The translations under genes and the position numbers were made by a program. Under the pieces are notes generated by a model. It worked only from the letters and a program-made list of their open reading frames with translations. It searched no databases and was not told where the DNA came from. Positions 8,342-17,563 of a DNA stretch of 64,000 nucleotides are shown here, in pieces. Within the stretch, counting starts at the first letter, position 1. Each line of letters begins with the position of its first letter. Origin of the DNA: a virus (Duplodnaviria; Caudoviricetes); IMG/VR virus record IMGVR_UViG_3300044678_002325, positions 14,751-78,750 of that record. One strand, written 5' to 3'.

Positions 8342-8518
8342 ATATAATCCATTTTCAGATGGTTTTTTGTCCATCTTCTCTGCGAGTTCCTTTTTGCTGA
8401 TGTCGTTTTCACGCAATAGCTGATTGGTGCGAACCACCAGGTCGGCATACCAATCTACAAAGATTTCTACATCTTTCGGTGTGCTTTTCAGCAATCTATC
8501 TACGGTTTTGCTTCTCAT
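8333..8518 (-). pseudogene. truncated XRE-type HTH protein, probably host-derived
   Basis: LLRENDISKKELAEKMDKKPSE breaks off within the HTH; higher GC than flanks. Confidence 0.5.
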
Positions 8519-8533
8519 TGTCTTATAGTTGTT

Positions 8534-8609
8534 TGGTGGTGGGAGTAGGAATCGAACCTACATTAAATAATCTTCAGCTATTCGCCTTGACCAACTTGGC
8601 AATCCCACC
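8534..8609 (-). tRNA. tRNA-Phe(GAA)
   Basis: AATAG-CTGAAGA-TTATT arm, CCA end. Confidence 0.92.
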
Positions 8610-8614
8610 ATAAT

Positions 8615-8809
8615 TTATATTTGATTACCTTCTTTTAAAGTTGAAGACATTTCACTACCATCCCCAAATTCTTGGTAAAAATAAACAAACATTTTTCCAT
8701 TAATGTCAGTTCCTTTATGTAAAATTCTTGTGACTTTTTTTAGTTTACCAAACATATTTGGAATAACATCCCCAACTTCAAGATTTAAAATTTGATTTTT
8801 AGTAATCAT
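8615..8809 (-). CDS. hypothetical protein
   Basis: 64 aa ORF. Confidence 0.6.
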   Translation of the reverse strand: MITKNQILNLEVGDVIPNMFGKLKKVTRILHKGTDINGKMFVYFYQEFGDGSEMSSTLKEGNQI

Positions 8810-8840
8810 AAAATAAATATTTTAAGTATGAAAAAATTTA

Positions 8841-8904
8841 GAGTAAGTATCCACCACGTTTAAGGCTGGTTGTGGACAGTGCTACCTACGACCTTTCCTT
8901 ACTC
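8841..8904 (-). ncRNA. candidate small structured RNA
   Basis: GAGTAAG/CTTACTC closing stem, GTCCAC/GTGGAT hairpin; begins just after a TAATTTTG promoter (~8910-8941). Confidence 0.4.
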
Positions 8905-9017
8905 TCCCACAAAATTACAACCCTTTATTTTTATTTCCAAATGTTTTATCAAGTTTTTTTTAAAGTGGTCAAATTTAACCATTTTAAACTACACCATATT
9001 TATGATAAAATAGAATT

Positions 9018-9767
9018 ATGAAAATTATAATTAATGAATCCCAATATAAAACAATCCTTAAAGAATTTATGGGTTCAATTGAATCAAGTAAGTTTATGAA
9101 AATTTTTAAAAAATTTTTGGAGGATAAAAATATTGTTATACTTTATGATGATTTTAGAGAATTTACAATGCACACAAGTATAAAAATACCTAAAACAAAC
9201 TTTGATGATTATCTAACCATATTTTCAGAGATTGAAAAATTTATTGAAATTTATGGGTGGTTTATTTCAAGTTATTTAGTGATTTATAATCACCCTAATA
9301 CATCAATTTATGATGAAAAGGACATTAAATTCTTAGATTATAGAAAATTAGTTGATTGGCTAAAAACGAATGAGTCAAATATCCAACTAAAACATATAAT
9401 GTTAAATTTAGAAAAAAAATACACAGAACAAAATAAAGGCCATAATGTTTTTTACCACGTAACAGATAAGAAAAACACTGAAAAAATAATGACTTATGGA
9501 TTAAGACCTAGAAAATCACAAAATAAATATTTCAATTATTCTGATAGAATTTACCTAGCTGATTATGTCAAAGTAGCTTATTATATAAACGACCTTTTTA
9601 AAGATCCTAACGCCAAAACTGATTATGGTAAAGAAGGTGTTGTCGTATTTGAAATTACCTTACCTGATTCATTTAAAACTTATTTTGACCCAAAAGCACC
9701 ATTGTCATCCTATACCTTAGAACCAATACCACCTAAATATATAGAAATTTACGATTATCTAGATTAG
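9018..9767 (+). CDS. leader-family protein (type B) with C-terminal Tpt1/KptA-like ART-fold domain
   Basis: MKIIINESQY leader; FYHVT...IMTYGLRP...RIYLA...IPPKYI motifs. Confidence 0.65.
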   Translation: MKIIINESQYKTILKEFMGSIESSKFMKIFKKFLEDKNIVILYDDFREFTMHTSIKIPKTNFDDYLTIFSEIEKFIEIYGWFISSYLVIYNHPNTSIYDEKDIKFLDYRKLVDWLKTNESNIQLKHIMLNLEKKYTEQNKGHNVFYHVTDKKNTEKIMTYGLRPRKSQNKYFNYSDRIYLADYVKVAYYINDLFKDPNAKTDYGKEGVVVFEITLPDSFKTYFDPKAPLSSYTLEPIPPKYIEIYDYLD

Positions 9768-9770
9768 ATG

Positions 9771-9843
9771 TTCCCCCTGATGGAATTGAACCACCATCCT
9801 CAGAACCAAAATCTGATGTAATAAGCCTTTATACCAAGGAGGA
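9771..9843 (-). tRNA. tRNA-Gln(UUG)
   Basis: TCAGA-TTTTGGT-TCTGA arm. Confidence 0.88.
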
Positions 9844-9859
9844 TTATATTTTACCAACG

Positions 9860-9906
9860 ATGTCAAAGAACACAAAAAAACCCTGAACGTCTTTTGTCCA
9901 GGGTTT
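9860..9906 (-). terminator. intrinsic terminator / candidate attenuator followed by boxA-like GTTCTTTGACAT
   Basis: AAACCCTGGAC-loop-GTTCAGGGTTT plus U tract. Confidence 0.75.
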
Positions 9907-9934
9907 GTATAAAAAATTAATATTTTTTTTACCA

Positions 9935-10030
9935 TCACGAGATTCCACCTGAACCATAAGAATCCGCTGACCAACAATTTTTAAATTGCGGTTGCACTGA
10001 ATTACTAATATGGTTTATCGATGTTCTCAT
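9935..10030 (-). CDS. putative attenuator leader peptide (31 aa)
   Basis: MRTSINHISNSVQPQFKNCWSADSYGSGGIS*; GTTCAGG near the stop duplicates the terminator 3' arm; TATTTATA upstream. Confidence 0.55.
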   Translation of the reverse strand: MRTSINHISNSVQPQFKNCWSADSYGSGGIS

Positions 10031-10077
10031 TTTTGTTATTTGTTTATAAATATCACTAAATTATTAAAAAGTTTGGT

Positions 10078-10130
10078 TCGGAATGATTTTTTAAGATATG
10101 CTGTCTTTTTTAAGTTGCTGAACTCATTCG
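10078..10130 (-). ncRNA. Y-RNA-like hairpin RNA C
   Basis: GAATGA-GTTCAGCAA...AAAAA-TCATTC-CGA. Confidence 0.5.
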
Positions 10131-10145
10131 TTATAACCTTAATTG

Positions 10146-10206
10146 TCAGGATAGTTTTTGTTCAATTTGACTAAATTTGATATTTTAATTTGCTGAATCT
10201 ATCCTT
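10146..10206 (-). ncRNA. Y-RNA-like hairpin RNA B
   Basis: GGATAG-ATTCAGCAA...AAAAA-CTATCC-TGA. Confidence 0.5.
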
Positions 10207-10260
10207 TGTTCTATATAACGTAAATTTAATTTAAAAGTTTCATTAAGTCAAGAAAAAATA

Positions 10261-10445
10261 GGAAAAATTGGTTTCAGAATGGGTTTTTGGTTAGTAATTT
10301 ATTCCCGTGCGATTAGGAAAGTGAGACTAACCCCCCTCCTTATCAGAGGGTGACAGGGTTTGAACCTGTCCTCGTATCCATTGTGATAGTAATTGATTTG
10401 TTGTGTTAACTTTGCAGTAATCATTCCTTTTAAACCAATTTTTCC
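10261..10445 (-). ncRNA. Y-RNA-like RNA A with a tRNA T-arm
   Basis: 14-bp terminal stem GGAAAAATTGGTTT/AAACCAATTTTTCC; GAATGATTACTGCAA...CCATTCTGA; internal GACAG-GTTCAAACC-CTGTC. Confidence 0.6.
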
Positions 10446-10452
10446 ATTTTTT

Positions 10453-11859
10453 TTAAACTTCTATCATCTTGTATCTTTCGGACTCAATGGTTTCGGTCAT
10501 AATTAATATTGGTGATAGTTCTTTTCCACCAAGAATTGACTTCAAGATTGATGGACTAAAACCAGATATTAACGCTGTACCACTTTCATCAAAACGAACA
10601 GGGAAGTTATCTCCTCTCGATTGTATGTTCCAAAAGATAATACCAGGTAGTTGATATCCACTATTCTCATATTCTTCACGAATCATTTGAATTGCGGAAT
10701 TATTACGACCAGTTGCTTGATTAAATTCCATATCTGATAAGATAAGGATTTTAGTCGGCATCTCACTTTGAGGTACATTGTGTTTAATTGATTGGTTTAG
10801 AATCAATTTGAACACAGACTCCAAGTTTGTACTCATACCCCAATCGGCAGCACGTAGTTGTGTGTATCTATCATATAGATTACCACTCAACTTTTGTAAT
10901 TGTGGTCTCTCAGAGAATGTTATGAAAGAGTCTTTAAAAGAACCTTCATTTCTTTCTGAAATATACAATCCCAATGATACTGCAACATCCATACAAGTTA
11001 GATTATTGTTTTTTCCTGCAGAACCACTAACCATTGAACCTGATACATCAACTACTGGTAAAATTCTTTCAGTACTTCCTTCCATAAAGTTGGGGAGAGC
11101 TTTCCATTGTTCTATTGCCAAATCTTTGACACCTTGTTCCAAAGTTTTAACAACATCATATGGATATACAGCCCCAGCATTTACTTTGGTCTCACCTTTT
11201 TTCAATGATTCCAAGTATTCTCCAAAACCAGTTAAATTGTGTTTAGAGAATGCTTTGGTGTATCGAGCCATAGCCAAAGATGGTACTTTTGAGTATTCAA
11301 TATTTGTCCACTCGTTAGCACACATCTTTTGCTCGACCGTTTTGGAAAGAACAACCAAAGTTTTACGTAATGATTTTGGTGTAAGACCCATAACCTTCCT
11401 GATTGAGTTAAAAATAACTCCTTTTCTTGGCATCCACTTTGCACATAGTCCATTTTTGGCTTCTAAACCTTGTACTATTGTGTCAATCGCATCGTCATTC
11501 ACTTTTGTGTTGAATAGGACTGTAAGATCGTCCCAACGACCGAATTCAGGGATGAATTTAATATTCTTTGCCAATACTTTTGGGGCCACCTCTGCTAAGA
11601 GTTGGATTATATCACGGAATATTTGTCTTTCACCAGCACCACCACGAACATCTCTTGCCCAAAATAATATACGCAATGCAGTTTTAGGACTCTCAATGAA
11701 AGCCTTTGAGAATAGACTTAACAATCTTTCTTTGTCTTGTCCTCTCATTGCTCCAATGGTGAAGAATAGATTCACACACTCGTTAAGAGTTGATGAATTT
11801 GTAACCATACCATTTTCAGTTAAGGTATCTTCTGTCTGTAATGCGTCTAAGAAGTTCAT
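10453..11859 (-). CDS. DUF2828 / TROVE(Ro60)-like protein with C-terminal vWA domain
   Basis: RDVRGGAGERQ, PEFGRWDDL, AKWMPR motifs; DVSGSM MIDAS; ILSDMEF; IFWN. Confidence 0.85.
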   Translation of the reverse strand: MNFLDALQTEDTLTENGMVTNSSTLNECVNLFFTIGAMRGQDKERLLSLFSKAFIESPKTALRILFWARDVRGGAGERQIFRDIIQLLAEVAPKVLAKNIKFIPEFGRWDDLTVLFNTKVNDDAIDTIVQGLEAKNGLCAKWMPRKGVIFNSIRKVMGLTPKSLRKTLVVLSKTVEQKMCANEWTNIEYSKVPSLAMARYTKAFSKHNLTGFGEYLESLKKGETKVNAGAVYPYDVVKTLEQGVKDLAIEQWKALPNFMEGSTERILPVVDVSGSMVSGSAGKNNNLTCMDVAVSLGLYISERNEGSFKDSFITFSERPQLQKLSGNLYDRYTQLRAADWGMSTNLESVFKLILNQSIKHNVPQSEMPTKILILSDMEFNQATGRNNSAIQMIREEYENSGYQLPGIIFWNIQSRGDNFPVRFDESGTALISGFSPSILKSILGGKELSPILIMTETIESERYKMIEV

Positions 11860-11924
11860 AATATTCTGTTTTTGAATTTGTTTTGAAAGTATATGATTAA
11901 TACTTTGGTTTGTCAAGTGAAATT

Positions 11925-12116
11925 TTAAATATTTGTTTTAAATTTTTCATTCAAAATATCAAAAAGTTTATTGATATTGTCAATTTCTTTTTGATAAAAA
12001 TTTTTGACCTCCTCGTGTTGTGATTTGTTCATCTCATCAATAAAATGATTTCTTAACATCATAGAATGAGACGTTAATAATACAAATTCATCTTGGTTTA
12101 ACTTTAAATTTTTCAT
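11925..12116 (-). CDS. hypothetical protein
   Basis: 63 aa ORF overlapping upstream stop. Confidence 0.6.
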   Translation of the reverse strand: MKNLKLNQDEFVLLTSHSMMLRNHFIDEMNKSQHEEVKNFYQKEIDNINKLFDILNEKFKTNI

Positions 12117-12487
12117 TTTAAATCTTGTATTTGAATTAAATAATTTGTTACTTCTTCTGGTTTTAGATATCCAAGAACATCACTAGTAATTGGGGTATCA
12201 TAAGTTAATTTTCCATCATTATCAAGTATGGCCAATTCATATAAACCTATATGACCACCATATGAATGTGTAGTACGAATTACTGAAGCACCATACCCAT
12301 TTTCAAACATAATTTTACCAGCAACACCTGCCCAATTAGGCTGGAAATCAATATCCTCAAATGTTTTGTAATGTAAATCACAAAGTTCAATTAATTTATT
12401 GACACTAAGTCCAAATTGTTCTGATGTGTTGATTAAACCATCAGTTTCAATGTTTGATTTTATGGCATCAAGTGTTTTCTGTTTCAT
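12113..12487 (-). CDS. hypothetical phage protein
   Basis: FENGYGASVI...GLYELAIL...DVLGYL; TATTTTTG promoter upstream. Confidence 0.8.
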   Translation of the reverse strand: MKQKTLDAIKSNIETDGLINTSEQFGLSVNKLIELCDLHYKTFEDIDFQPNWAGVAGKIMFENGYGASVIRTTHSYGGHIGLYELAILDNDGKLTYDTPITSDVLGYLKPEEVTNYLIQIQDLK

Positions 12488-12538
12488 TGGGATTAATTTT
12501 ACACAAAAATATGGTTTAAGATTTAAACAAACAAATTT

Positions 12539-13147
12539 TTAATCATAAAAATTAAGTTGTCTTTTACAATTGTTACAAAAAGTACCTGTTTCGTATTCAT
12601 CATTATTGATTGCCATAATACAACTCAAATTACTACAATGACTTAATCCTAAAGTATGACCAATTTCGTGAATTAATGTTTCTCTTAGGGTTGATTTATC
12701 GCCTTTAACAAATACAGTACCACCAGTTTTTGCAGCATATCCTTTAATGTGTATACCTTTAGCCCACATTCTCTTATCGAGAACATAAACAATTCTATCT
12801 TGAGAATAAAATTTATTTAGACAAGTTTCGGCATTAACTATATCACTACCTGAGATAAATAAATCACTAGTCAATTCAGTCTTACGACCAATGTAAGCTT
12901 TCCAACCATAAAAACTCTCAATAACATTAACAGCATCTGTCAAGTCACTATAATCAACATCACCTAAAGGTTTTACCAAAACAGTACATTTTGGAAAATA
13001 CATTTTCTCATTATGAGTACAAGTAGATTTGTGAGAACAATTATGGGTTTCCACATCAGTTTCACCTTGTGGAGTATAGTTTGGTTTACAACCAAAAATA
13101 AAAGATACAACAATAAGTACGATTGAAAGTTTGATAGAGTTTTTCAT
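12539..13147 (-). CDS. archaemetzincin-like zinc metalloprotease (lipoprotein)
   Basis: HEIGHTLGLSHC..CIM...FCNNC; N-terminal lipobox. Confidence 0.85.
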   Translation of the reverse strand: MKNSIKLSIVLIVVSFIFGCKPNYTPQGETDVETHNCSHKSTCTHNEKMYFPKCTVLVKPLGDVDYSDLTDAVNVIESFYGWKAYIGRKTELTSDLFISGSDIVNAETCLNKFYSQDRIVYVLDKRMWAKGIHIKGYAAKTGGTVFVKGDKSTLRETLIHEIGHTLGLSHCSNLSCIMAINNDEYETGTFCNNCKRQLNFYD

Positions 13148-13216
13148 ATTTGTTTATTTTTTTGATGTTACAAATATAAGAACTACTATTGACTAAACAA
13201 AGTTCCAAAGAATGAA

Positions 13217-14899
13217 TTATTTTTTCTTAATACTCATTTTTGCCAAATTATGTCGTTGTGAGTTCTTATTGTCATTAACAACGTTTCTTGATACTGGTTT
13301 ATTTTGTGGAGTTTGTGGTTTTTGATTTGGTTGTACTTTTTGTTCTGGTTTCTTCCCTAATATTTCATTGATTTTACCATAATCAATTGTTTTGGGATGA
13401 ATTAATATTGTTTGGGAAATATCTTTTTTTGGGGTTATTTCAATGGTTGTCTCAGTATTGTGTATTTTATTAGTGTAAACATCATAAAAGGTGGCGGTCA
13501 CTAATTCTTGTAGTGGATTAAAATTACTTTTACGTTTACTCATTGAGTAATATTTATTTCTTAATGGTGATGATAATCCAGTATCTTTTCTTTGGGTTAA
13601 ACTATTCGAATGAACTCTCCTATAAAATACAACATCAGTTGTATAACTGAATTTCTTATTGTTTTTATATAGTCTGACCATAAAATCTGAATCTGCGGCA
13701 ATTGGCCAAGGTTCAAATCCATTCATTGATAAAAATAAATCCTTTTTGATTGCGAAGACACCTTCACCATATGTGTTTGATTTGTTAATGTTATAATTTG
13801 GTGTATTTGTAAAATCAGAATACATTGGTTTGACAAAATCGTTTGAACTCATTCTTCCTAATATATCTGAAATCATATTTTCTTTCATTATATCATCTGA
13901 ATCAAAGAAAAGTAATATATCTGAATTGGATATTTTGGCTAATGAGTTTCTAACAATATATGGTCCATTATTTTTGTCAAAATAAAAAAATCTTATGTTT
14001 TCATTGTGTTTGTTTTTCTTAACATATTCTAATGTTTCCTCACATCCATCAATCCCTACCAAGATTTCACAATCAGAGTACCCTCTAATACTATTTAAAC
14101 ACTCAGATAACATTGTTGGGTTTTTGAACGTGGGGACAATGATGGATATTTTTGGTCTAACAAAATACTCTAACAAAAATGAGTCATCATTCGCATAAAG
14201 AATAAAGTCAGAGATTACTAAATCATCTAAAGGACCAAAATTATTATTACTTTGTTTTTTATGTTTTTTATCGTGATAGTATTTTCGTATTGGCGAATTC
14301 ATACCAGTATTAGGGTTTGATGTTAAGCTTTCGGTATGTTTCCTATAATATAAACCAACACTATCCAATGTTTTAACTCTAATCTTGTTCGCAGTAACTC
14401 TCCAAAAAAATTCACCATCCGCAGCACAGTCCCAAGGTTCAAAACCATTTAATGACATAAATACCTTTTTATTGATACCAAAAGTGCCAACATGATAATG
14501 ATTGGCCGGAGCATTGTTAATATAATTTACATAATTATCTCTAAATGTAATATAACGATACCTTACATATTCATAATTGTCTAATGCGTTTACAACATTA
14601 GAAGCTAAGGTTGATGTCATAACATCATCGGAATCAAAAAATAATAACTTTTCGTAAGTGGAGTTTTTAACCAAAGTATTTCTGATTATATATGTACCTA
14701 CTTTTTTGGTAAAAAATAATATTTTTACTTTATCAGATAATTGATTTTTAATTGATATTAAGAATTTCATTGTCTCAATACAATTATCAATTCCAATCAG
14801 TATTTCATATTCCAAATCGCCACAAGAATTTATGATTGATTCTAATGTTTCTTTGATATATGATGTATTTTTGTAAGCGGTTACTATTATTGAAATCAT
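13217..14899 (-). CDS. tandem GT2 glycosyltransferase
   Basis: Two ISII...FFDSDD...NGFEPW..AAD modules. Confidence 0.9.
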   Translation of the reverse strand: MISIIVTAYKNTSYIKETLESIINSCGDLEYEILIGIDNCIETMKFLISIKNQLSDKVKILFFTKKVGTYIIRNTLVKNSTYEKLLFFDSDDVMTSTLASNVVNALDNYEYVRYRYITFRDNYVNYINNAPANHYHVGTFGINKKVFMSLNGFEPWDCAADGEFFWRVTANKIRVKTLDSVGLYYRKHTESLTSNPNTGMNSPIRKYYHDKKHKKQSNNNFGPLDDLVISDFILYANDDSFLLEYFVRPKISIIVPTFKNPTMLSECLNSIRGYSDCEILVGIDGCEETLEYVKKNKHNENIRFFYFDKNNGPYIVRNSLAKISNSDILLFFDSDDIMKENMISDILGRMSSNDFVKPMYSDFTNTPNYNINKSNTYGEGVFAIKKDLFLSMNGFEPWPIAADSDFMVRLYKNNKKFSYTTDVVFYRRVHSNSLTQRKDTGLSSPLRNKYYSMSKRKSNFNPLQELVTATFYDVYTNKIHNTETTIEITPKKDISQTILIHPKTIDYGKINEILGKKPEQKVQPNQKPQTPQNKPVSRNVVNDNKNSQRHNLAKMSIKKK

Positions 14900-14901
14900 A
14901 A

Positions 14902-15579
14902 TTATTGTTTAATAAGAATATCATTTGGATTTAATTTTGAGATTGTATTATTATTATGAATACATAATTTTACGTAACCTCTAGGTATATAGATAATATT
15001 CCCACTTAGTCTTTTTAAGTGGTCGTGCATTACATCAAAAATACCATGTTTTGTTTCTTTTTGAATTAAAGTACTAAACATTGAACAAACTTTAGAATAA
15101 TCTCTACTATGAGTATATTCTTTTTTTGTATTTACAACATATTTTGTTGGGTGGAAGTTTAAAATAAAATTATCATATTTATTAATATTTTCATAATATA
15201 ATTTATGGATATGTTCTATGTAATTTGGCATCATAATGTCATCACAATCGTGTCTTGTTTGGATTGTTATATTGTTTTTAATGACATATTCTTTATAATC
15301 TTTAATAACATCAGTAAAAGGTAATAAATCAATTTTTGGATTTATTTCATAATCTTTATAGATTTCGTTATTGTCAGTAAATTTAAGAACATTAATATTT
15401 TTATTAATTTCATTTTTTATTATATCAAAATGTTTTGGATTAACAATTAATGCGATTGTGAAATCTTTGTTTGTTTGACTATTTATTGATGGGATATAAG
15501 TTTCCTTCATTATTTCAAAATATTTTTGGAAATCCTCATCTTTACCAAACTTACATCTTGTTACTATTATATGTTTCAT
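14902..15579 (-). CDS. putative glycosyltransferase (GT-A fold)
   Basis: PSINSQTNKDF and TRHDCDD motifs. Confidence 0.65.
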   Translation of the reverse strand: MKHIIVTRCKFGKDEDFQKYFEIMKETYIPSINSQTNKDFTIALIVNPKHFDIIKNEINKNINVLKFTDNNEIYKDYEINPKIDLLPFTDVIKDYKEYVIKNNITIQTRHDCDDIMMPNYIEHIHKLYYENINKYDNFILNFHPTKYVVNTKKEYTHSRDYSKVCSMFSTLIQKETKHGIFDVMHDHLKRLSGNIIYIPRGYVKLCIHNNNTISKLNPNDILIKQ

Positions 15580-15605
15580 AATTTTTTTATCTATAAATAC
15601 TATCT

Positions 15606-16259
15606 ATGAAAATTTACGGTGTTTATTTCGCGGCATTAATTAATCAATGGGATTTGATTATTCAAGAACAATTAAATAATTTTTTTAATTCTGAATTATT
15701 TAATAAAACTGATAAATTTTTTATAAGAATTTATTATACTAATGAAAATGAATTAAAAAAATTTAAATCATTATTAATAAATAACAATAAAATAATAATT
15801 ACAGAAACAAATATAAATGAATATGAGTTTGGTGCTTTAAAAATTTTAGAGAATTTAAGTAAAACTGATGATTTTTATTGTTATTATTTCCACTCAAAAG
15901 GGGTAAGTAAATTATCAAACAATTTTCTTACCAAGAATATAAAATCTTGGCGAGAATATATGGAATATTTTATGATTGATAAATATGATATATGTTTAAA
16001 TGAATTAAACTTGGGTTGGGACGCTGTTGGTGTAAAATTAAGAAAAACACCAAATACAAAATTTAATCATTTTTCTGGTAATTTTTGGTGGACAAAAAGT
16101 AAATTTATTAATACATTACCAAGTATTGATAGTTTAGATTTAACAAAAAGACATAATGCAGAATTTTGGATTGGATATACAAATGGTAAATTGAAATGCA
16201 TACATAACTCCACAGAAGCTGGCTATCAAAAAATTATTACAGAAAATTACAAAATTTAA
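15606..16259 (+). CDS. putative glycosyltransferase-like protein
   Basis: YFHSKG, HFSGNFWW and AEFWI motifs. Confidence 0.55.
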   Translation: MKIYGVYFAALINQWDLIIQEQLNNFFNSELFNKTDKFFIRIYYTNENELKKFKSLLINNNKIIITETNINEYEFGALKILENLSKTDDFYCYYFHSKGVSKLSNNFLTKNIKSWREYMEYFMIDKYDICLNELNLGWDAVGVKLRKTPNTKFNHFSGNFWWTKSKFINTLPSIDSLDLTKRHNAEFWIGYTNGKLKCIHNSTEAGYQKIITENYKI

Positions 16260-16270
16260 AATAAGTTAAA

Positions 16271-16762
16271 ATGCAAAAAGTATTAGTATTAAACGCTGAC
16301 TTCACCCCTATAAATATAACTAGTGTTTATAAGGGATTTACTTTGGTCAACAAAGGAAAGGCTGAAGTAATAAAAGCAAGTGAGAATCCAATTGTCTCAG
16401 GTATGAAGGAATTTGTACGTCCATTGATAATCCGTTTATTAAATTTTGTTAAGTTCAGAATCAATAAATTAAGAATCAATAGACAAAGAATTTATAAAAG
16501 AGACAACAATGAATGTACATATTGTGGTAGTAAGAAAAATCTTACTATTGACCACATTATACCCAAATCAAGAGGAGGACAAAACACTTGGATGAATCTA
16601 GTAACTTGTTGTTCAAGTTGCAACAGATTGAAAGGTGATAAGACTCCAGAAGAAGCTAATATGAAATTAAATACTAGACCTTACGAACCAACAATATTCT
16701 CAGAAATATTGAATTCATCAGTTGGACAAGTTTGGAATGAATTCAAAAACGATATCTACTAA
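16271..16762 (+). CDS. HNH endonuclease
   Basis: RD..CTYCG..LTIDHIIPKSRGG..W.NLVTCC..CN..KG. Confidence 0.92.
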   Translation: MQKVLVLNADFTPINITSVYKGFTLVNKGKAEVIKASENPIVSGMKEFVRPLIIRLLNFVKFRINKLRINRQRIYKRDNNECTYCGSKKNLTIDHIIPKSRGGQNTWMNLVTCCSSCNRLKGDKTPEEANMKLNTRPYEPTIFSEILNSSVGQVWNEFKNDIY

Positions 16763-16868
16763 AACACAAAAGGACGTTTTCACGTCCTTTTGGTAGATGT
16801 TGGATACCTCCCTTTCTTTTAGTCGAGTTTATCCCATGTAAGCACTACCTTACAGGTATCTATAAATA

Positions 16869-17504
16869 TCAAATTTTAAATGGAAAATTTGATTCTGGTT
16901 TATTAATTTCAGGACTACTAATTTTTGGTAATTCTAGTGTCATATCATCAGTTTTTGATATAATGTCACTAGTCTTTGTAATTAAATCACTTGCCGTTGA
17001 TTTTAATCCATTTGGTTTACTTTGTTGTATTAATTTCTCACCAACTTTATCCATTTTATTTGTTAATCCACCCCATTTCGGACAAATTACACCTGATAAT
17101 TTTTTCTGTAAATTTTGAACAAAGTCAGTATCTGCCATAACATCAGTTAACGCATTTCTAATTGTTGCAGTTATTGGGTTTTCATATCCTTTTGACGCTA
17201 AAAACTTTCTAATCAAACCTTCAACCAAAGATTTTGTAAAAAATGGAACTGCATAATTACAATCAGTCAATTTAAACATATCACCTATTGGTAGATTACC
17301 TATTGAAGTTATAAATATTGAACCTAACAAACTATCTGGTTTTAATTTAAATGACTGAAGTAACCATTTTGCTGCGTATTCTTTAAAATATCCAAATAAC
17401 GCATTTACACCAGTTCCACTTAAAAATTTTTGTGCCATTTCTAATGTTTGTTCCGAAATAATATCAGAGTTAAATCCTTGATAATTTAGATACACATTTT
17501 CCAA
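16869..17504 (-). CDS. hypothetical protein, probably the frameshifted C-terminal part of 17564..19033
   Basis: Frame stays open upstream to the A10 run at 17612-17621. Confidence 0.65.
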   Translation of the reverse strand: MENVYLNYQGFNSDIISEQTLEMAQKFLSGTGVNALFGYFKEYAAKWLLQSFKLKPDSLLGSIFITSIGNLPIGDMFKLTDCNYAVPFFTKSLVEGLIRKFLASKGYENPITATIRNALTDVMADTDFVQNLQKKLSGVICPKWGGLTNKMDKVGEKLIQQSKPNGLKSTASDLITKTSDIISKTDDMTLELPKISSPEINKPESNFPFKI

Positions 17505-17563
17505 TAAAATATCATTAAAAAATGAATCTAAATCTTCTCTATTTCTGATTCGTCTATTCTCAA

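Noticed and set aside
10778-11875. 365-aa plus-strand ORF
   Set aside because: Antisense shadow of the DUF2828/vWA gene; no motifs
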